From assembly GCA_944391865.1 (NCBI GenBank), contig CALXVD010000001.1, positions 26,500 to 90,499 of the forward strand: a DNA stretch of 64,000 nucleotides. Reading direction: 5' to 3'. The stretch is from an uncultured Clostridia bacterium. Its GTDB lineage: Bacteria; Bacillota; Clostridia; TANB77; CAG-508. This document shows, one piece after another, positions 1-10,910 of this stretch (position 1 is the stretch's first letter; each line of letters opens with the position of its first letter). Under the pieces are notes generated by a model that saw only the letters and a program-made list of their open reading frames with translations, made no database searches and was not told the origin of the DNA. A program made the position numbers and the translations under genes.

Positions 1-2265
1 AATATTACAGTAACAAATACAGGAGAATCAACAGCTAGAAATATACAAATAAATAATCCAGTACCAGATGGAGCTATGTTAGTAGATGGCAGTGAAACTT
101 CATGGGTAGTAGAAGAAATGGAAGCAGGAGAAAGCATTACCAAAACTGTAAAAGTACAGATAAATAATTTAGCTACAGGAGAAGAAAATAAAACCATTTC
201 AAACATAACAACTGTTACAGCTAATTATTTACCTGAACAATTAACCAATACTATTATAAATACAGTAGAAAAAGCTGTATTAAATATAGAAAGTTTATCT
301 CGTTCAAATATTTCTTTATACGAGGGTGATAGAAATGTCCATAGAGTAAAAATTACTAATGTAAGTGGAGAAACTCTAAACAATGTAACAGTAAAAAGAG
401 CCATTCCAGAGGGCGTTACTCATACTGGAGAAAATATAGTTTCAGAAGATGAAAGTGATACAAGTACATGGGACGAACAAGCTAAATTAGCTGTTTATCA
501 AATAGGAGAATTAGCTCCAAATGAAAGCGTTACTTTAGAATTAGAAACTTATGTTAATGATATACAAGAAGAAAAATATTGTAAACAATTAATGTATGAT
601 GTTACAGTTGAGTATAATAATGGCATGGTTATAGAAAGCAAAGTAGAAGGAGATTTTGTAGTAAAGCCTAATTTTACTATACAATTCACTTCATCACCGG
701 AGAAATTTAAGCCAGGAGAGGAAGCTATTTATGAATTAAATATTAAAAACAATAATCCAATATTAAGTTATGCAGGTATAGGAATAGATATTCCGCTAGG
801 CTTAATAATTAAAAATATTCAGGTTTTATCAGAAGGTAATATAATAGAAGAATTTAATAGCGAGTATCAATATATACTTGATCATAGATTAATAGAAGCT
901 AATCAAACTATAACTATTAAAGTTATTACAGAAGTTACTAATTCATTTATAGAAGGGGAAGAATTAGAGGCAGAAGCAAGTATAGAGGTAGAAGGTAGCA
1001 ATTCAGGAGGGGTAGATGATGAAAACAGAGTAGTGTTTAGTGAGGTTATAAAAGCAACAAATAAAATTTATGAAACACCAGAAGACCCAGATAATCCGGA
1101 TCCAGACAACCCAGATCCAGATAACCCAGATAACCCAGATCCAGATAATCCAGATCCAGATAACCCAGATCCAGATAACCCAGATCCAGATAATCCAGAC
1201 CCAGATAATCCAGACCCAGATAATCCAGATCCAGATAATCCAAACCCAGACAACCCACAAGAGGGTATATATAAGATTACTGGTATTGCATGGTTAGATG
1301 ATGACGAAGATGGGCAAAGAGCAGAAGATGAAAAGCTCTTAAAAGGAATCTTAGTAAAAATAAAAGATGCTGATACTAATGAATACTTAGTAGATGAAGA
1401 TGGAGAAGAAATCTATGTAATAACTGATGAAAATGGAATTTATAGATTTGAAAATTTAAAACAAGGTAATTATACAATAGAATTTGAATACAACAAAAAC
1501 ACATATAAATTAACTCCTGTTTCAGGAAAAGACTCTGTAGCAAACATAGTAACAACAGAAGGAAAAACAATAATAACAACAGATATTATTACCATTAAAG
1601 ATCAAAACATTGCAGACATAAATATAGGATTAGTTCTAAATGAAATTTTTGACTTAAAATTGGATAAATATATAACAAAAGTAACTGTGCAAAATTCAGC
1701 AGGAACAACAACATATAATTATGATAAAGAGCAACTTGCAAAAGTAGAAATTAGCAGTAAGAGATTAGCTGGTTCAACAGTTGTTGTAGAATATGCAATA
1801 GATGTTACAAACGAAGGTGCTGTTCCAGGATATGCTAAAAAACTAGTAGATTATGTATCACCAGACTTTAAATTCAGTTCAGAGCTAAATCCTAACTGGT
1901 ATGTAGATACAGATAACAATCTATATTCAGAAGAATTAGCATCAGAAGAAATTATGCCAGGTGAAACAAAACAAGTAAAATTAATACTTACAAAAACAAT
2001 GACAGAAAATAACACAGGGCTTGTAAGTAATACAGCAGAAATACAAGAAGATTTTAATGAATTTGCATTAGATGATAAAAATTCTACTCCAGGAAACAAA
2101 GAAGAAAAAGAAAATGATATGTCAGGTGCAGATATAATTATTTCAATAAGTACTGGTGGACCAATGTTATATATAGGAATAGTAATTGGAAGTATGTTAA
2201 TACTGGGAACAGGAATTTACTTTATTAATAAAAAAGTGCTAGCAATAGGAAGGGAGGATTTGTAA
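1..2265 (+). CDS. Cell-surface repeat protein, 5'-partial (DUF11-like and Cna-B/SdrD-B-like repeats, PDNPD linker, C-terminal sorting-type signal)
   Basis: Frame of ORF 76..2265 stays open back to base 1 (NITVTNTGESTARNIQINNPVPDG), so the gene starts upstream of the window. GIAWLDDDEDGQR...YRFENLKQGNYTIEF resembles SdrD-B/Cna-B folds. DDKNSTPGN...END motif. C-terminus ISTGG + hydrophobic helix + basic tail. Confidence 0.6.
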   Translation, partial: NITVTNTGESTARNIQINNPVPDGAMLVDGSETSWVVEEMEAGESITKTVKVQINNLATGEENKTISNITTVTANYLPEQLTNTIINTVEKAVLNIESLSRSNISLYEGDRNVHRVKITNVSGETLNNVTVKRAIPEGVTHTGENIVSEDESDTSTWDEQAKLAVYQIGELAPNESVTLELETYVNDIQEEKYCKQLMYDVTVEYNNGMVIESKVEGDFVVKPNFTIQFTSSPEKFKPGEEAIYELNIKNNNPILSYAGIGIDIPLGLIIKNIQVLSEGNIIEEFNSEYQYILDHRLIEANQTITIKVITEVTNSFIEGEELEAEASIEVEGSNSGGVDDENRVVFSEVIKATNKIYETPEDPDNPDPDNPDPDNPDNPDPDNPDPDNPDPDNPDPDNPDPDNPDPDNPDPDNPNPDNPQEGIYKITGIAWLDDDEDGQRAEDEKLLKGILVKIKDADTNEYLVDEDGEEIYVITDENGIYRFENLKQGNYTIEFEYNKNTYKLTPVSGKDSVANIVTTEGKTIITTDIITIKDQNIADINIGLVLNEIFDLKLDKYITKVTVQNSAGTTTYNYDKEQLAKVEISSKRLAGSTVVVEYAIDVTNEGAVPGYAKKLVDYVSPDFKFSSELNPNWYVDTDNNLYSEELASEEIMPGETKQVKLILTKTMTENNTGLVSNTAEIQEDFNEFALDDKNSTPGNKEEKENDMSGADIIISISTGGPMLYIGIVIGSMLILGTGIYFINKKVLAIGREDL
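1084..1257 (+). repeat. In-frame tandem 15-nt repeat (about 11 units) encoding a (PDNPD)n linker
   Basis: ccagataa(c/t)ccaga(t/c) units read directly. They generate the shadow ORFs at 1003..1297 on both strands. Confidence 0.9.
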
Positions 2266-5200
2266 TGAAGAATAAAATAAAAAGTATTAAACTAATATTA
2301 TTGCTTATAATTACATTTGCAGTAATTACAATCTTACCTAATTTAAAAGTTAATGCAGCAGTTACATCGGGATTTAATAAAAGTGATGATTTAAGTGTGC
2401 AAACCAAAACGCCAGAGCAAATTATTAATGATTTAGGTTTTAGAAACGGAATTAATAAAAATAGAATAAAAGATGATAACAACAACTATTTTGGTACTAC
2501 GTATTTTAAAGAAGGTAAAGGAACGACGGGAAATGCATATAAAATAAATTTGGTAGACGGAAAGAATGGAAAAGTTTTAGCCGATGTAGAATGGATTAAT
2601 TGCTATGAGATTGATTCTTTGATTAATGATGGAGAATACGTTTTAGAAAAAGTAACATTTATTAAGAATTCTGATGCAATTACTGTAAAATATTGGAGTG
2701 CATCGAGTATATTCAAAGCAGACAAAACAAGAGTGAGCGGACCAGGACCAATTTATAGAGGCTCATTGGATGAGGGATATCATTATAAAAGATATTTTGC
2801 AAAAGCTGGAGATGGAACTGAACCAATTTATAATGACGAAGGGAACATTATATACCAAGAGACTTCATCAACAGGTGCTAGTAATGCTAGATTGGCATAT
2901 CTTTTATCAGAAAAAGAAGAAACATATGAAAGTTGGGATGAATACAAAAAAAGTTCAAAGAAACAGCATGCTTTATGGATAAATGAAATAGGTGTAGACA
3001 AAGTTAGACAGGCTTCTCCAGGACAGTGGCCAGAAAACGCAAACGAGGGCTATTTTCCAAAGAAAGATGGTAATGTTGTTTTTGGAATGGATTTATATGA
3101 TAAAGCTGATAGATTTGGGAAATATAAATCAAGTGCCAAAAAACCTACATTAAAGGCTATAGGTTCAAATGGTGCAATTAATATAACTTATTATGGAGAT
3201 TATATAAAATTAGGACCATTTAAAGCTACATATAATTCAGAATTCGAAAGTGTTAAATCAAGTAGCATTACATATAATGATAATCAAACATTAAATTATG
3301 GAGATTTTAGTTTTATAACAAAAGGAGGTACTTCAACTTCTAAATTAACAAATGAGTTTTATATTAAAATACCAAACAACATAATATCAAGTAAAAATAT
3401 TAATAAGATTAATAAATTAAATATAACCTTTAGTGATACTAATGTTTATGCTTTGTGGTATATGATAATAGAGGATGCATCTTCTGATTATGATAAAGAT
3501 ATTCAAGACATGATTGTTGTAGACCAAGCAGGAAGATATAATAATAGTATTAATACATCAGTTAATATAAACAAGAGCTTAATTCCACCAATACAAATTA
3601 TTTTAAATAAGAAAAATACTCAAGGTAATAGCGTAAGTAATGCAGAATTCAAAGTGGAATATAGTAATGGATTAGCAACAGAAACAAAAACAGTAAAAGA
3701 TGGAAAAATAACATTTTCTCAAAGAAAACCAACAAATTCAAATACATTTACTGCAACAATAACAGAAACAAAAGCAGCTTCTGATTCAGATAATAACTAT
3801 AAACTTTTAGATAAACCTATTAAATTAACTTTTACATATTCAAATGGTAAATGGAATGTACAAAAAACTGATGGGCCAAGTGTAGAAAAGGTGACTGTTT
3901 CAGCTAATACATCAGGAGGTATTTCTAAAATAACTTTAGATGTTGAAAACAAGAGATTACCAAAGATTGATTTAAGGTTAAGAAAGAAAGATGATAATGG
4001 TAAGGAGATAGTAGGTGCAAAGTTCCAAGTAGTATATATGCAAGATGGCAAAGAGTTATCTACACTTGTTGCTACATCGAATGAAGAATGGGGAATAGAT
4101 TTTAATCCTGATGTACAACCAAAAACAGATTCAGATGTAACAGCAATAATAACAGAGTTAGAAGCACCTACTGGATACAAACTTTTGGAAAAACCAATAG
4201 AAATAAAATTTAAATATACAATAAGAAATGATGGCAACGCAACATGGGTAGTTGCAAGTGAAAATACAGATGTAATAGAAATAACTCAACAAACACAGTA
4301 TGAAAGTAATACAGATGTGTTAATTGTTGCAAATGTATATAACAAATCAATGATAGAAAAACTTACATTATTAAAAGCAGATTCACAAAACATAAACACT
4401 AAAGTCCAAGGAGCAAAATTTAAAATTAAATTTAATAATGTAGAATCAATTAAAGGATATTCAAACTTCAAAGACGGTGGTTCAATGGAAGTATCTACTA
4501 ATGCAAATGGGCAAATTGTATTAGAAGATATTGTAATTGCAGATGCAACAAAAGATGTAACAATAACAATGGAAGAATTAGAGGCACCAGTAGGATATAA
4601 GAGAATAGTAGGAAAAATAACATTGACATTACATAGAGTAGGTAACGAATATACTGTTTCTAAAACAGAAACAGATGAAACTGTAAGAGAAGACGAGTTT
4701 ATACCAGGAAAAGTTAATGTTCAAAACCACGAAATAGCTTTAAATATTAAGGATATTCCAGTTATGAACTTAGGAGGAATTGTATGGGTAGATAGACAAC
4801 AAGGTGAAAAAGAAGTTACAGAACCTAATGGAAAAATAGATAGCAATGAAGAGCGTATGGCTGGAATTAAAGTTGAATTATATAAAGATAAAGGCGATAA
4901 AGGCGATGAAAAAATCACAAAAGATGAATATGGTAGAGACTTAACTTTAAAAACAGCAGAAGATGGTGCATCAATAAAATATGACTTAAATAATGGTGGG
5001 GAAGAAACATTAGCATTAGAAAAAGGAGAATATGTATTCCCTAACATAGAAAAAGGAACTAATTACTATGTTAAGTTTACATATGACGGTATAAATTACG
5101 AAACAATTCCTGTTTCTAAAAATTTATATGAAAATAATAATGAATCAAAAGTAGAAGAAATTGATAGACAAGCTTTTAACGAAAAGTTTAAAACAATATC

Positions 5201-8200
5201 AGATGGAAAAACACAAGATAATGCTAACAATTCATATTCATCAGCAAACGGAATAGAAAGTGATTTAGTTTACCAAAATAATGGCGCAAATGAATCAGGA
5301 AAATATACAAGTACTTTAATTACCAAAGATGGACAAGGAAATGTAATTACAGAATATGCAATGACAGCACAATCAGATAATTACTTAAGAAAACCAGAAG
5401 ACACAAGCAATAGTGATATGAATGATTGGTTAGATACATGGAATGAAGATGGTACAATAAACAAAAATCATTATGCTTTAGACATAAACTGTGGATTAGC
5501 TGAAAAAATATTTGACTTAGCTTTGGGAACAGATGTATTCTCAGCAAGATTAACAATTAATGATAAGAGTACAACATATGGATATAACCAAATATTAGAT
5601 GGAGCAAACTTAGATGATTTGTTAAATAAGGCTCCAGATGAAGATATAGAATACAGTTTATACTTATATAGGTCAGACTATAACTTTAGAATAGATGATT
5701 ATGTTAGAGAAGAAAAAATTGACAACCAAATGAATTCAGGCGACTCTGAAGAAATAGCAGGATTAAATATAAACGATCAATTAAGAGCGTTTGTAACATA
5801 TAAGGTAGTATTATATAGTCAAACAACTCATTCATCAAAAGTTGACGAGATAGCATATTACTTTGATAATAATTATACAGATATTAAAGTAGGTAGACAA
5901 GTAGATGAATATGGAATAGCAACTAATGGCGAAGGTATAAAGGTATCAGAGCCTGTATCAGAAATTGGAAAACAAAAAGTGTTAATATCTAATTTTGGTG
6001 AAGAATTAACAAAAGATAATAATTATAGGCAAGAATTATATTTAACCTTCGAAGTTAAGAGAACAGATGGACACTTACCAGAACAAATTGAAAACGGATT
6101 AGAATGCGCAAACTTAGCAGAAATAACTTCATATACTACAACAAGTGGAGGGTTAATAGATAATGATTCTACACCAGGCAATATGATTATAGATGGAAAT
6201 CCAAGACATGAAGACGATTCAAGCGAAGCACCAGGAATAAATATTTCTATAAGAGACAATGCAAGAATTACTACAGGTACAGTATTTAATGATTATGACA
6301 AAGATGGTAAGATAAATACCGAAAATGGAATAGACGATGTAATTGTACAGCTTATCGAGATAAGGGAGCAGAATGGTAAATATTTCGAATACATATGGCA
6401 AGAGACAAGATCTGGAAGTAATACAGTAAAAACTACAGAAAGAAATGGATATCCAGGAGTAAGCTATGTTTATAAAAAAGCAGATGATCAACATCCAGCA
6501 GGCACAAGTGTAAAAACAGAGAACAATCTTGAAATTTATGTAGATGAGCTTAATGATAATGGAGAATATAGATTCGAAGAATTTATACCAGGAAATTATA
6601 TAATTAGATACATTTATGGTGATGGAAGAGTAGATAATTTATTCCAAGATGAAGTAGGAAGAGCTAATATTATTAAATATAATGGTCAAGATTATAAGTC
6701 AACCATAGATAATAAATATAAAAATGACTGGTACAATGATTCAGAGTACTCAGAAGATGATTCAGTAGCAAGAGATAATGAAGCAAGAAGATTAGAAGTA
6801 ATGGCTTATTCATCATACGTAAATGGAGGGCTTGGAACAGCACTTGAAAGCTTTGTAAAAAATACTAACTTTGATGACTTGACAGACATAGAAAAACAGA
6901 ATTTAAAAGAGTACTATAAAAAAGAAATAGATGAAGATTTTGAAGGAGAGCTTACAAACGAAGAACTTGAAGATATAAAAGAAAATGTAGGAAGTAGAAC
7001 TTGGATGGCAGCAGAAACATCAAGAATAAATGTACCTATTGATGCAGAAAGTAATTCTACAATATCAGATAGTACAAATGTATCGTTTGAATATATCTTA
7101 AATACAATAAACTTTAGTAATATGAACTTTGGATTAGTATTAAGACCAGAACTAAAATTAGAGGTAGAAAAACATATAACTGCATTAAAAGTAACACCAA
7201 ATGGAACAGGGGAATTACCAATAGTTGAAGCAAAAGCTGCTATAGATGAAATTTTGAGTAATTCTGATATTGAGGTTGAAGGAAACCAAAAAGGACTTTC
7301 TACAATAAAATCTACAAGAACAGAAAGAGGATTCTGGAAGGTAGAAACAGATATAGGCTCAAATGCAAATGGTGCTACATTAGAGGCTGAATACACTTAT
7401 GTATTAAAGAATCTTTCTAACGAAGAAGATTACTTATCTGAAGATATGGTAAATGAGTATAGGAATAATATCTCTAAAGATGTTAACAATAACGGAAAAG
7501 ATGATTATGTAGATTACCTAGAAGGAGCAAGTAGTTCTGTTAAAACATCAATGAAAAATGGAAATTATTCATACTCTGAGGAAAATAATGCTATAGGAAC
7601 ATACTTAGGTCAATACTATTACAACGGAGAAACCGCTGGCACGGAACCTATTGTATCTAGAGTAGAAAACTTAGAAGAAGCATTAAATAACGATTTAAAA
7701 TACTCTGAAGGTAGTTATTTTAAGCAAGTGCCAGTAAATGCAGAAAATGCAGAAAAACCATACTATGATGAAAGCGGAAACTTAATAAAGAAACAAATAG
7801 AAAATATAGTTACAACTAAAGAACCAAGTGCTTTCTTAAAAGCTAATACGATGGACTATGGTAAGAGATTAAATGTAACTTCATTTATATCTTCTATATC
7901 AGATGGTGTGGAAGGAATAAGTATACCAAGTTATATAGCAGAAATAACAGCATATTCTAACGCAGCAGGAAGAAGAGATGTGCAATCTGAACCAGATAAC
8001 TTAAATTTTGTACATAGTGAAGACACAAGAATGAACTTAAACTCATACTTACTACCTACAAATGGATTATTAGATACAATATATAATCCTAAGTTAGTAT
8101 TATACATTATAGTAACTCCAAATATGCTATTAGAAAATGGTGATATGGAAAGCGAAGTAAGAAAACAGCATCCTACAATTGAAGAAGAAAAAGTTGTGGA

Positions 8201-8471
8201 GATTGCTGAGAAATTGAATGAGCAAGATAAATCAGCATGGAATGAGGGAGAAACATTAAGAGTTGACATTACTGATAATAGTGTAGAAGATTTAAGTGGA
8301 TATAAACAACTAAACGAACCAGATGAATTCTGGGCAGAAACAATAATCATTTCTAGACCAACAGGTGAGGATAGATTAACACCAGTACAAATAACAATCA
8401 TAACAATAAGCTCAATTACAGTAATAGGAGTAGCAATTATACTAATCAAAAAATTTGTACTAAAAAAATAA
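2265..8471 (+). CDS. Giant (2068 aa) secreted surface protein / adhesin with repeated Cna-B-like modules and sorting-type C-terminus
   Basis: Signal peptide MKNKIKSIKLILLLIITFAVITILPNLKVNA. Repeated modules ending ITE(T/L).AP.GYKLL.KPI. SdrD-B-like starts GGIVWVDRQQGE and TGTVFNDYDKDGK. DNDSTPGN...EDDSSEA motif. C-terminus SRPTGE + TM + KKFVLKK. ATG overlaps the upstream TAA by 1 nt. Confidence 0.65.
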   Translation: MKNKIKSIKLILLLIITFAVITILPNLKVNAAVTSGFNKSDDLSVQTKTPEQIINDLGFRNGINKNRIKDDNNNYFGTTYFKEGKGTTGNAYKINLVDGKNGKVLADVEWINCYEIDSLINDGEYVLEKVTFIKNSDAITVKYWSASSIFKADKTRVSGPGPIYRGSLDEGYHYKRYFAKAGDGTEPIYNDEGNIIYQETSSTGASNARLAYLLSEKEETYESWDEYKKSSKKQHALWINEIGVDKVRQASPGQWPENANEGYFPKKDGNVVFGMDLYDKADRFGKYKSSAKKPTLKAIGSNGAINITYYGDYIKLGPFKATYNSEFESVKSSSITYNDNQTLNYGDFSFITKGGTSTSKLTNEFYIKIPNNIISSKNINKINKLNITFSDTNVYALWYMIIEDASSDYDKDIQDMIVVDQAGRYNNSINTSVNINKSLIPPIQIILNKKNTQGNSVSNAEFKVEYSNGLATETKTVKDGKITFSQRKPTNSNTFTATITETKAASDSDNNYKLLDKPIKLTFTYSNGKWNVQKTDGPSVEKVTVSANTSGGISKITLDVENKRLPKIDLRLRKKDDNGKEIVGAKFQVVYMQDGKELSTLVATSNEEWGIDFNPDVQPKTDSDVTAIITELEAPTGYKLLEKPIEIKFKYTIRNDGNATWVVASENTDVIEITQQTQYESNTDVLIVANVYNKSMIEKLTLLKADSQNINTKVQGAKFKIKFNNVESIKGYSNFKDGGSMEVSTNANGQIVLEDIVIADATKDVTITMEELEAPVGYKRIVGKITLTLHRVGNEYTVSKTETDETVREDEFIPGKVNVQNHEIALNIKDIPVMNLGGIVWVDRQQGEKEVTEPNGKIDSNEERMAGIKVELYKDKGDKGDEKITKDEYGRDLTLKTAEDGASIKYDLNNGGEETLALEKGEYVFPNIEKGTNYYVKFTYDGINYETIPVSKNLYENNNESKVEEIDRQAFNEKFKTISDGKTQDNANNSYSSANGIESDLVYQNNGANESGKYTSTLITKDGQGNVITEYAMTAQSDNYLRKPEDTSNSDMNDWLDTWNEDGTINKNHYALDINCGLAEKIFDLALGTDVFSARLTINDKSTTYGYNQILDGANLDDLLNKAPDEDIEYSLYLYRSDYNFRIDDYVREEKIDNQMNSGDSEEIAGLNINDQLRAFVTYKVVLYSQTTHSSKVDEIAYYFDNNYTDIKVGRQVDEYGIATNGEGIKVSEPVSEIGKQKVLISNFGEELTKDNNYRQELYLTFEVKRTDGHLPEQIENGLECANLAEITSYTTTSGGLIDNDSTPGNMIIDGNPRHEDDSSEAPGINISIRDNARITTGTVFNDYDKDGKINTENGIDDVIVQLIEIREQNGKYFEYIWQETRSGSNTVKTTERNGYPGVSYVYKKADDQHPAGTSVKTENNLEIYVDELNDNGEYRFEEFIPGNYIIRYIYGDGRVDNLFQDEVGRANIIKYNGQDYKSTIDNKYKNDWYNDSEYSEDDSVARDNEARRLEVMAYSSYVNGGLGTALESFVKNTNFDDLTDIEKQNLKEYYKKEIDEDFEGELTNEELEDIKENVGSRTWMAAETSRINVPIDAESNSTISDSTNVSFEYILNTINFSNMNFGLVLRPELKLEVEKHITALKVTPNGTGELPIVEAKAAIDEILSNSDIEVEGNQKGLSTIKSTRTERGFWKVETDIGSNANGATLEAEYTYVLKNLSNEEDYLSEDMVNEYRNNISKDVNNNGKDDYVDYLEGASSSVKTSMKNGNYSYSEENNAIGTYLGQYYYNGETAGTEPIVSRVENLEEALNNDLKYSEGSYFKQVPVNAENAEKPYYDESGNLIKKQIENIVTTKEPSAFLKANTMDYGKRLNVTSFISSISDGVEGISIPSYIAEITAYSNAAGRRDVQSEPDNLNFVHSEDTRMNLNSYLLPTNGLLDTIYNPKLVLYIIVTPNMLLENGDMESEVRKQHPTIEEEKVVEIAEKLNEQDKSAWNEGETLRVDITDNSVEDLSGYKQLNEPDEFWAETIIISRPTGEDRLTPVQITIITISSITVIGVAIILIKKFVLKK

Positions 8472-8479
8472 TCGAATAA

Positions 8480-8670
8480 TGTAGGGACTGCAAGAAAGCC
8501 CTCCACATTAGAAAGGCAAATCTATAAGGTTTGCCTTTTTTTAACGCAAAATATCATGGCACGCGATTTTAACCACGCAAAATTCGTAGGGACGGCAAGA
8601 AAGCCGCCCGCAAAACACAAAACAATTGCAAATGCTGTAGGGGCCTTAACGTCCTTAAGCGACCCGCGCT
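8480..8670. repeat. Three GC-rich GTAGGG hairpin (REP-like) units
   Basis: tgtagggactgcaagaaagccctcc (8480), cgtagggacggcaagaaagccgcccgc (8585), tgtaggggccttaacgtccttaagcgacccgc (8636). Same family as 14855, 25999, 28898/28960, 31029, 34789, 39019, 42819, 46829. Confidence 0.8.
8512..8542 (+). terminator. Rho-independent terminator after the giant surface-protein gene
   Basis: aggcaaa-tctataagg-tttgcct stem followed by a T-run. Confidence 0.6.
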
Positions 8671-8734
8671 CCAAAGAAATCGCTAAATTCATATAAATAA
8701 AAAAACTGGATATAATATGCAAAAAGGAGAAGAA

Positions 8735-9692
8735 ATGATATTTAAATTATTTATGATATTAATAGGTTTTATTATATTAATATTAGGAGCAAATTTTTTA
8801 GTAAAAGGTTCTAGAGAAATTGCTAGAAAATTTCATATACCAGAAATGCTAATAGGCTTGAGCATTATTGCCCTTGGAACATCAGCACCTGAAATAATAA
8901 TAACAATTACCTCTGCTAGCAAAGGAGCAGGAGATTTAATAATAGGCAATGCAGTTGGAAGTAACCTATGTAATTTATTATTAATATTAGGATTAATGGC
9001 TGTAATAAGACCTATTAAGATAGAAAAAGAAGCGAAAATAATACATATTCCAATATCGTTTTTAGCAACACTTCTTGTATTATTATTAGGTCTAGGATAT
9101 CTTCGGAAGCCAAAAGGGAATAATAAATAGAATAGACGGAAGTTTTTTATTAGCGCTTGGAGTAATATACTTTTTATATCCGATATTGGTAGAAATAAAA
9201 GATATTATAAAAACTTATATAAGTAGTAAAAAAGAACAAGCAAATATAAATATATTTCTATCTATAATATTTATTGTAATAGGAGCGATTTTGCTTAAAT
9301 ATGGAGGGGATTTTGTTGTAGATTATTCTGTGGAAATAGCAAATTATTTTAATATAAGCCAAAGAGTTATTGGGCTTACAATAGTTGCAATAGGAACAGC
9401 AATGCCAGAGCTTGTTACTTCAATAATTGCAATAATAAAAAAAGACACTGATTTAGCAGTAGGAAATTTAGTAGGTTCATGCGTGCTTAACTTACTTTTA
9501 ATTCTAGGCATAGGAGCAGTAATAACTCCTTTAGAATTTTCTAACCAATTTATAAAAAATTTATTAATACTCTTAGGAGTAAACATATTAATATGGCTAT
9601 TTACTTTTATGGGAAAAAAAAATTATATTAATAGAATACAAGGAGGAATATTGTTTATAACATTTGTAATATATATATATCAACTCTTCTAA
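8735..9692 (+). CDS. Ca2+/Na+ (CaCA, YrbG-type) antiporter, contiguous only with a +1 shift at CGG 9104
   Basis: Two alpha-repeat halves: GTSAPEIIITI in ORF 8717..9130 and GTAMPELVTSI in ORF 9186..9692. The +1 frame is open from 9105 (GSQKGIINRIDGSFLLALGVIYFLYPILVEIKD). RBS aaaggag favours ATG 8735. Restored length 318 aa. Confidence 0.75.
9104..9107 (+). other. In-frame CGG, putative +1 recoding site (CTT CGG A -> Leu, Gly GGA)
   Basis: 0-frame stops 8 codons later. The +1 frame continues into the second antiporter half. Confidence 0.6.
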
Positions 9693-9827
9693 TATAATAA
9701 TTATTAAATATACAGCCAAATACCAAATTCCAAAAACAAAATACAATTTTACAAAATCCAATTTACCTGTTTAAATATAAATAAAAATATGTTAAAATAA
9801 ATATCAAATAAAAAAAGGAGATAATAT

Positions 9828-10887
9828 ATGATAAAAAGAAATGAAACAAAAAAGATTTTTGTAGGAGATGTACAAATAGGAGGAGAAAATAAAGTTGTAA
9901 TACAGTCAATGACAAATACAAAAACTAAAGACGTACAGTCTACAGTAAAACAAATTTTGGATTTAGAAAAAGCAGGATGTGAAATTATAAGAGTAGCTTG
10001 TTTAGACATCGAGGATGCAAAAGCAATATCGGAAATAAAAAAACAAATTCATATACCAATAGTTGCAGATATACATTTTGACTATAGAATTGCAATAGAA
10101 GCAGCAAAAGCTGGAGTAAATAAAATAAGAATTAATCCTGGCAATATTGGTTCAGAAGATAGAGTAAAAGCAGTAGTAGATATTTGTAAAGATAAGAAAA
10201 TTCCAATAAGAATAGGAGTAAATAGTGGTTCACTTCCTAAAGATATATTAAAAAAATATGGAAAACCAACCCCAAAAGCAATGGTAGAAAGTGCAGCAAG
10301 ACATATTGAAATATTAAAAAAACTAGATTTTGAAGATATAGCAATTTCACTTAAAGCTTCAGATTTAAATTTATGTATAGAAAGTTATGAAGCAGCTGCA
10401 AATACTTTTAATTATCCACTACATTTAGGAATAACACATGCAGGAACTGAATTTAGCGGAACAGTAAGTTCAAGTATAGGGCTAGGAGTTTTATTAAGAG
10501 AAGGAATTGGAAACACAATTAGGGTTTCACTTTCAGCAGACCCAATAAAAGAAATAAAAGTAGCAAAAGAAATTCTAAAAGATTGTGGCTTATACAAATC
10601 TCCAACATTAATTGCATGTCCTACTTGTGGAAGAATACAGTATGATTTAATACCTATTGCCAATGAGGTTGAAGATTTTTTACAAACTATAAAATCAGAT
10701 ATAACCGTAGCAGTAATGGGATGCCGGAGTAAATGGACCAGACGAAGCAAGACACGCAGATATCGGCATTGCAGGAGGAATAAAAGAAGGACTTTTATTT
10801 AAAAAAGGAGAAATAATAAGAAAGGTAAAACAAGAAGATATTGTAGAAGTATTAAAAGAAGAAATATTGAATATGATTAAAGAATAA
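9828..10887 (+). CDS. ispG: 4-hydroxy-3-methylbut-2-enyl diphosphate synthase, requires a +1 shift at CGG 10725
   Basis: [28 protein letters not shown] motifs. After AVMGC the 0-frame becomes RSKWTRRSK, while +1 reads [18 protein letters not shown]...KE* ending at 10887. Restored length 352 aa. Confidence 0.85.
10725..10728 (+). other. In-frame CGG, putative +1 recoding site (TGC CGG A)
   Basis: The +1 frame gives the conserved [14 protein letters not shown]-terminus of IspG. Confidence 0.6.
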
Positions 10888-10910
10888 AGATATAAAAAGA
10901 GGAGAATTTA

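Noticed and set aside
1003-1297. Four short ORFs on both strands within the PDNPD repeat
   Set aside because: They are frame shadows of a 15-nt tandem repeat inside a long, well-supported CDS.
3797-8506. Multiple 60-190 aa antisense ORFs inside the giant surface-protein gene, and similar ones inside rpoB, rpoC, ftsH and rplI (e.g. 18659..19120)
   Set aside because: These are typical antisense open frames in AT-rich, purine-skewed coding DNA. The sense ORFs have strong homology signatures.
8522-8722. Minus-strand 66-aa ORF in the 8.5 kb spacer
   Set aside because: It is composed almost entirely of GTAGGG REP units. GC-rich repeats keep frames open by chance, and there is no RBS.
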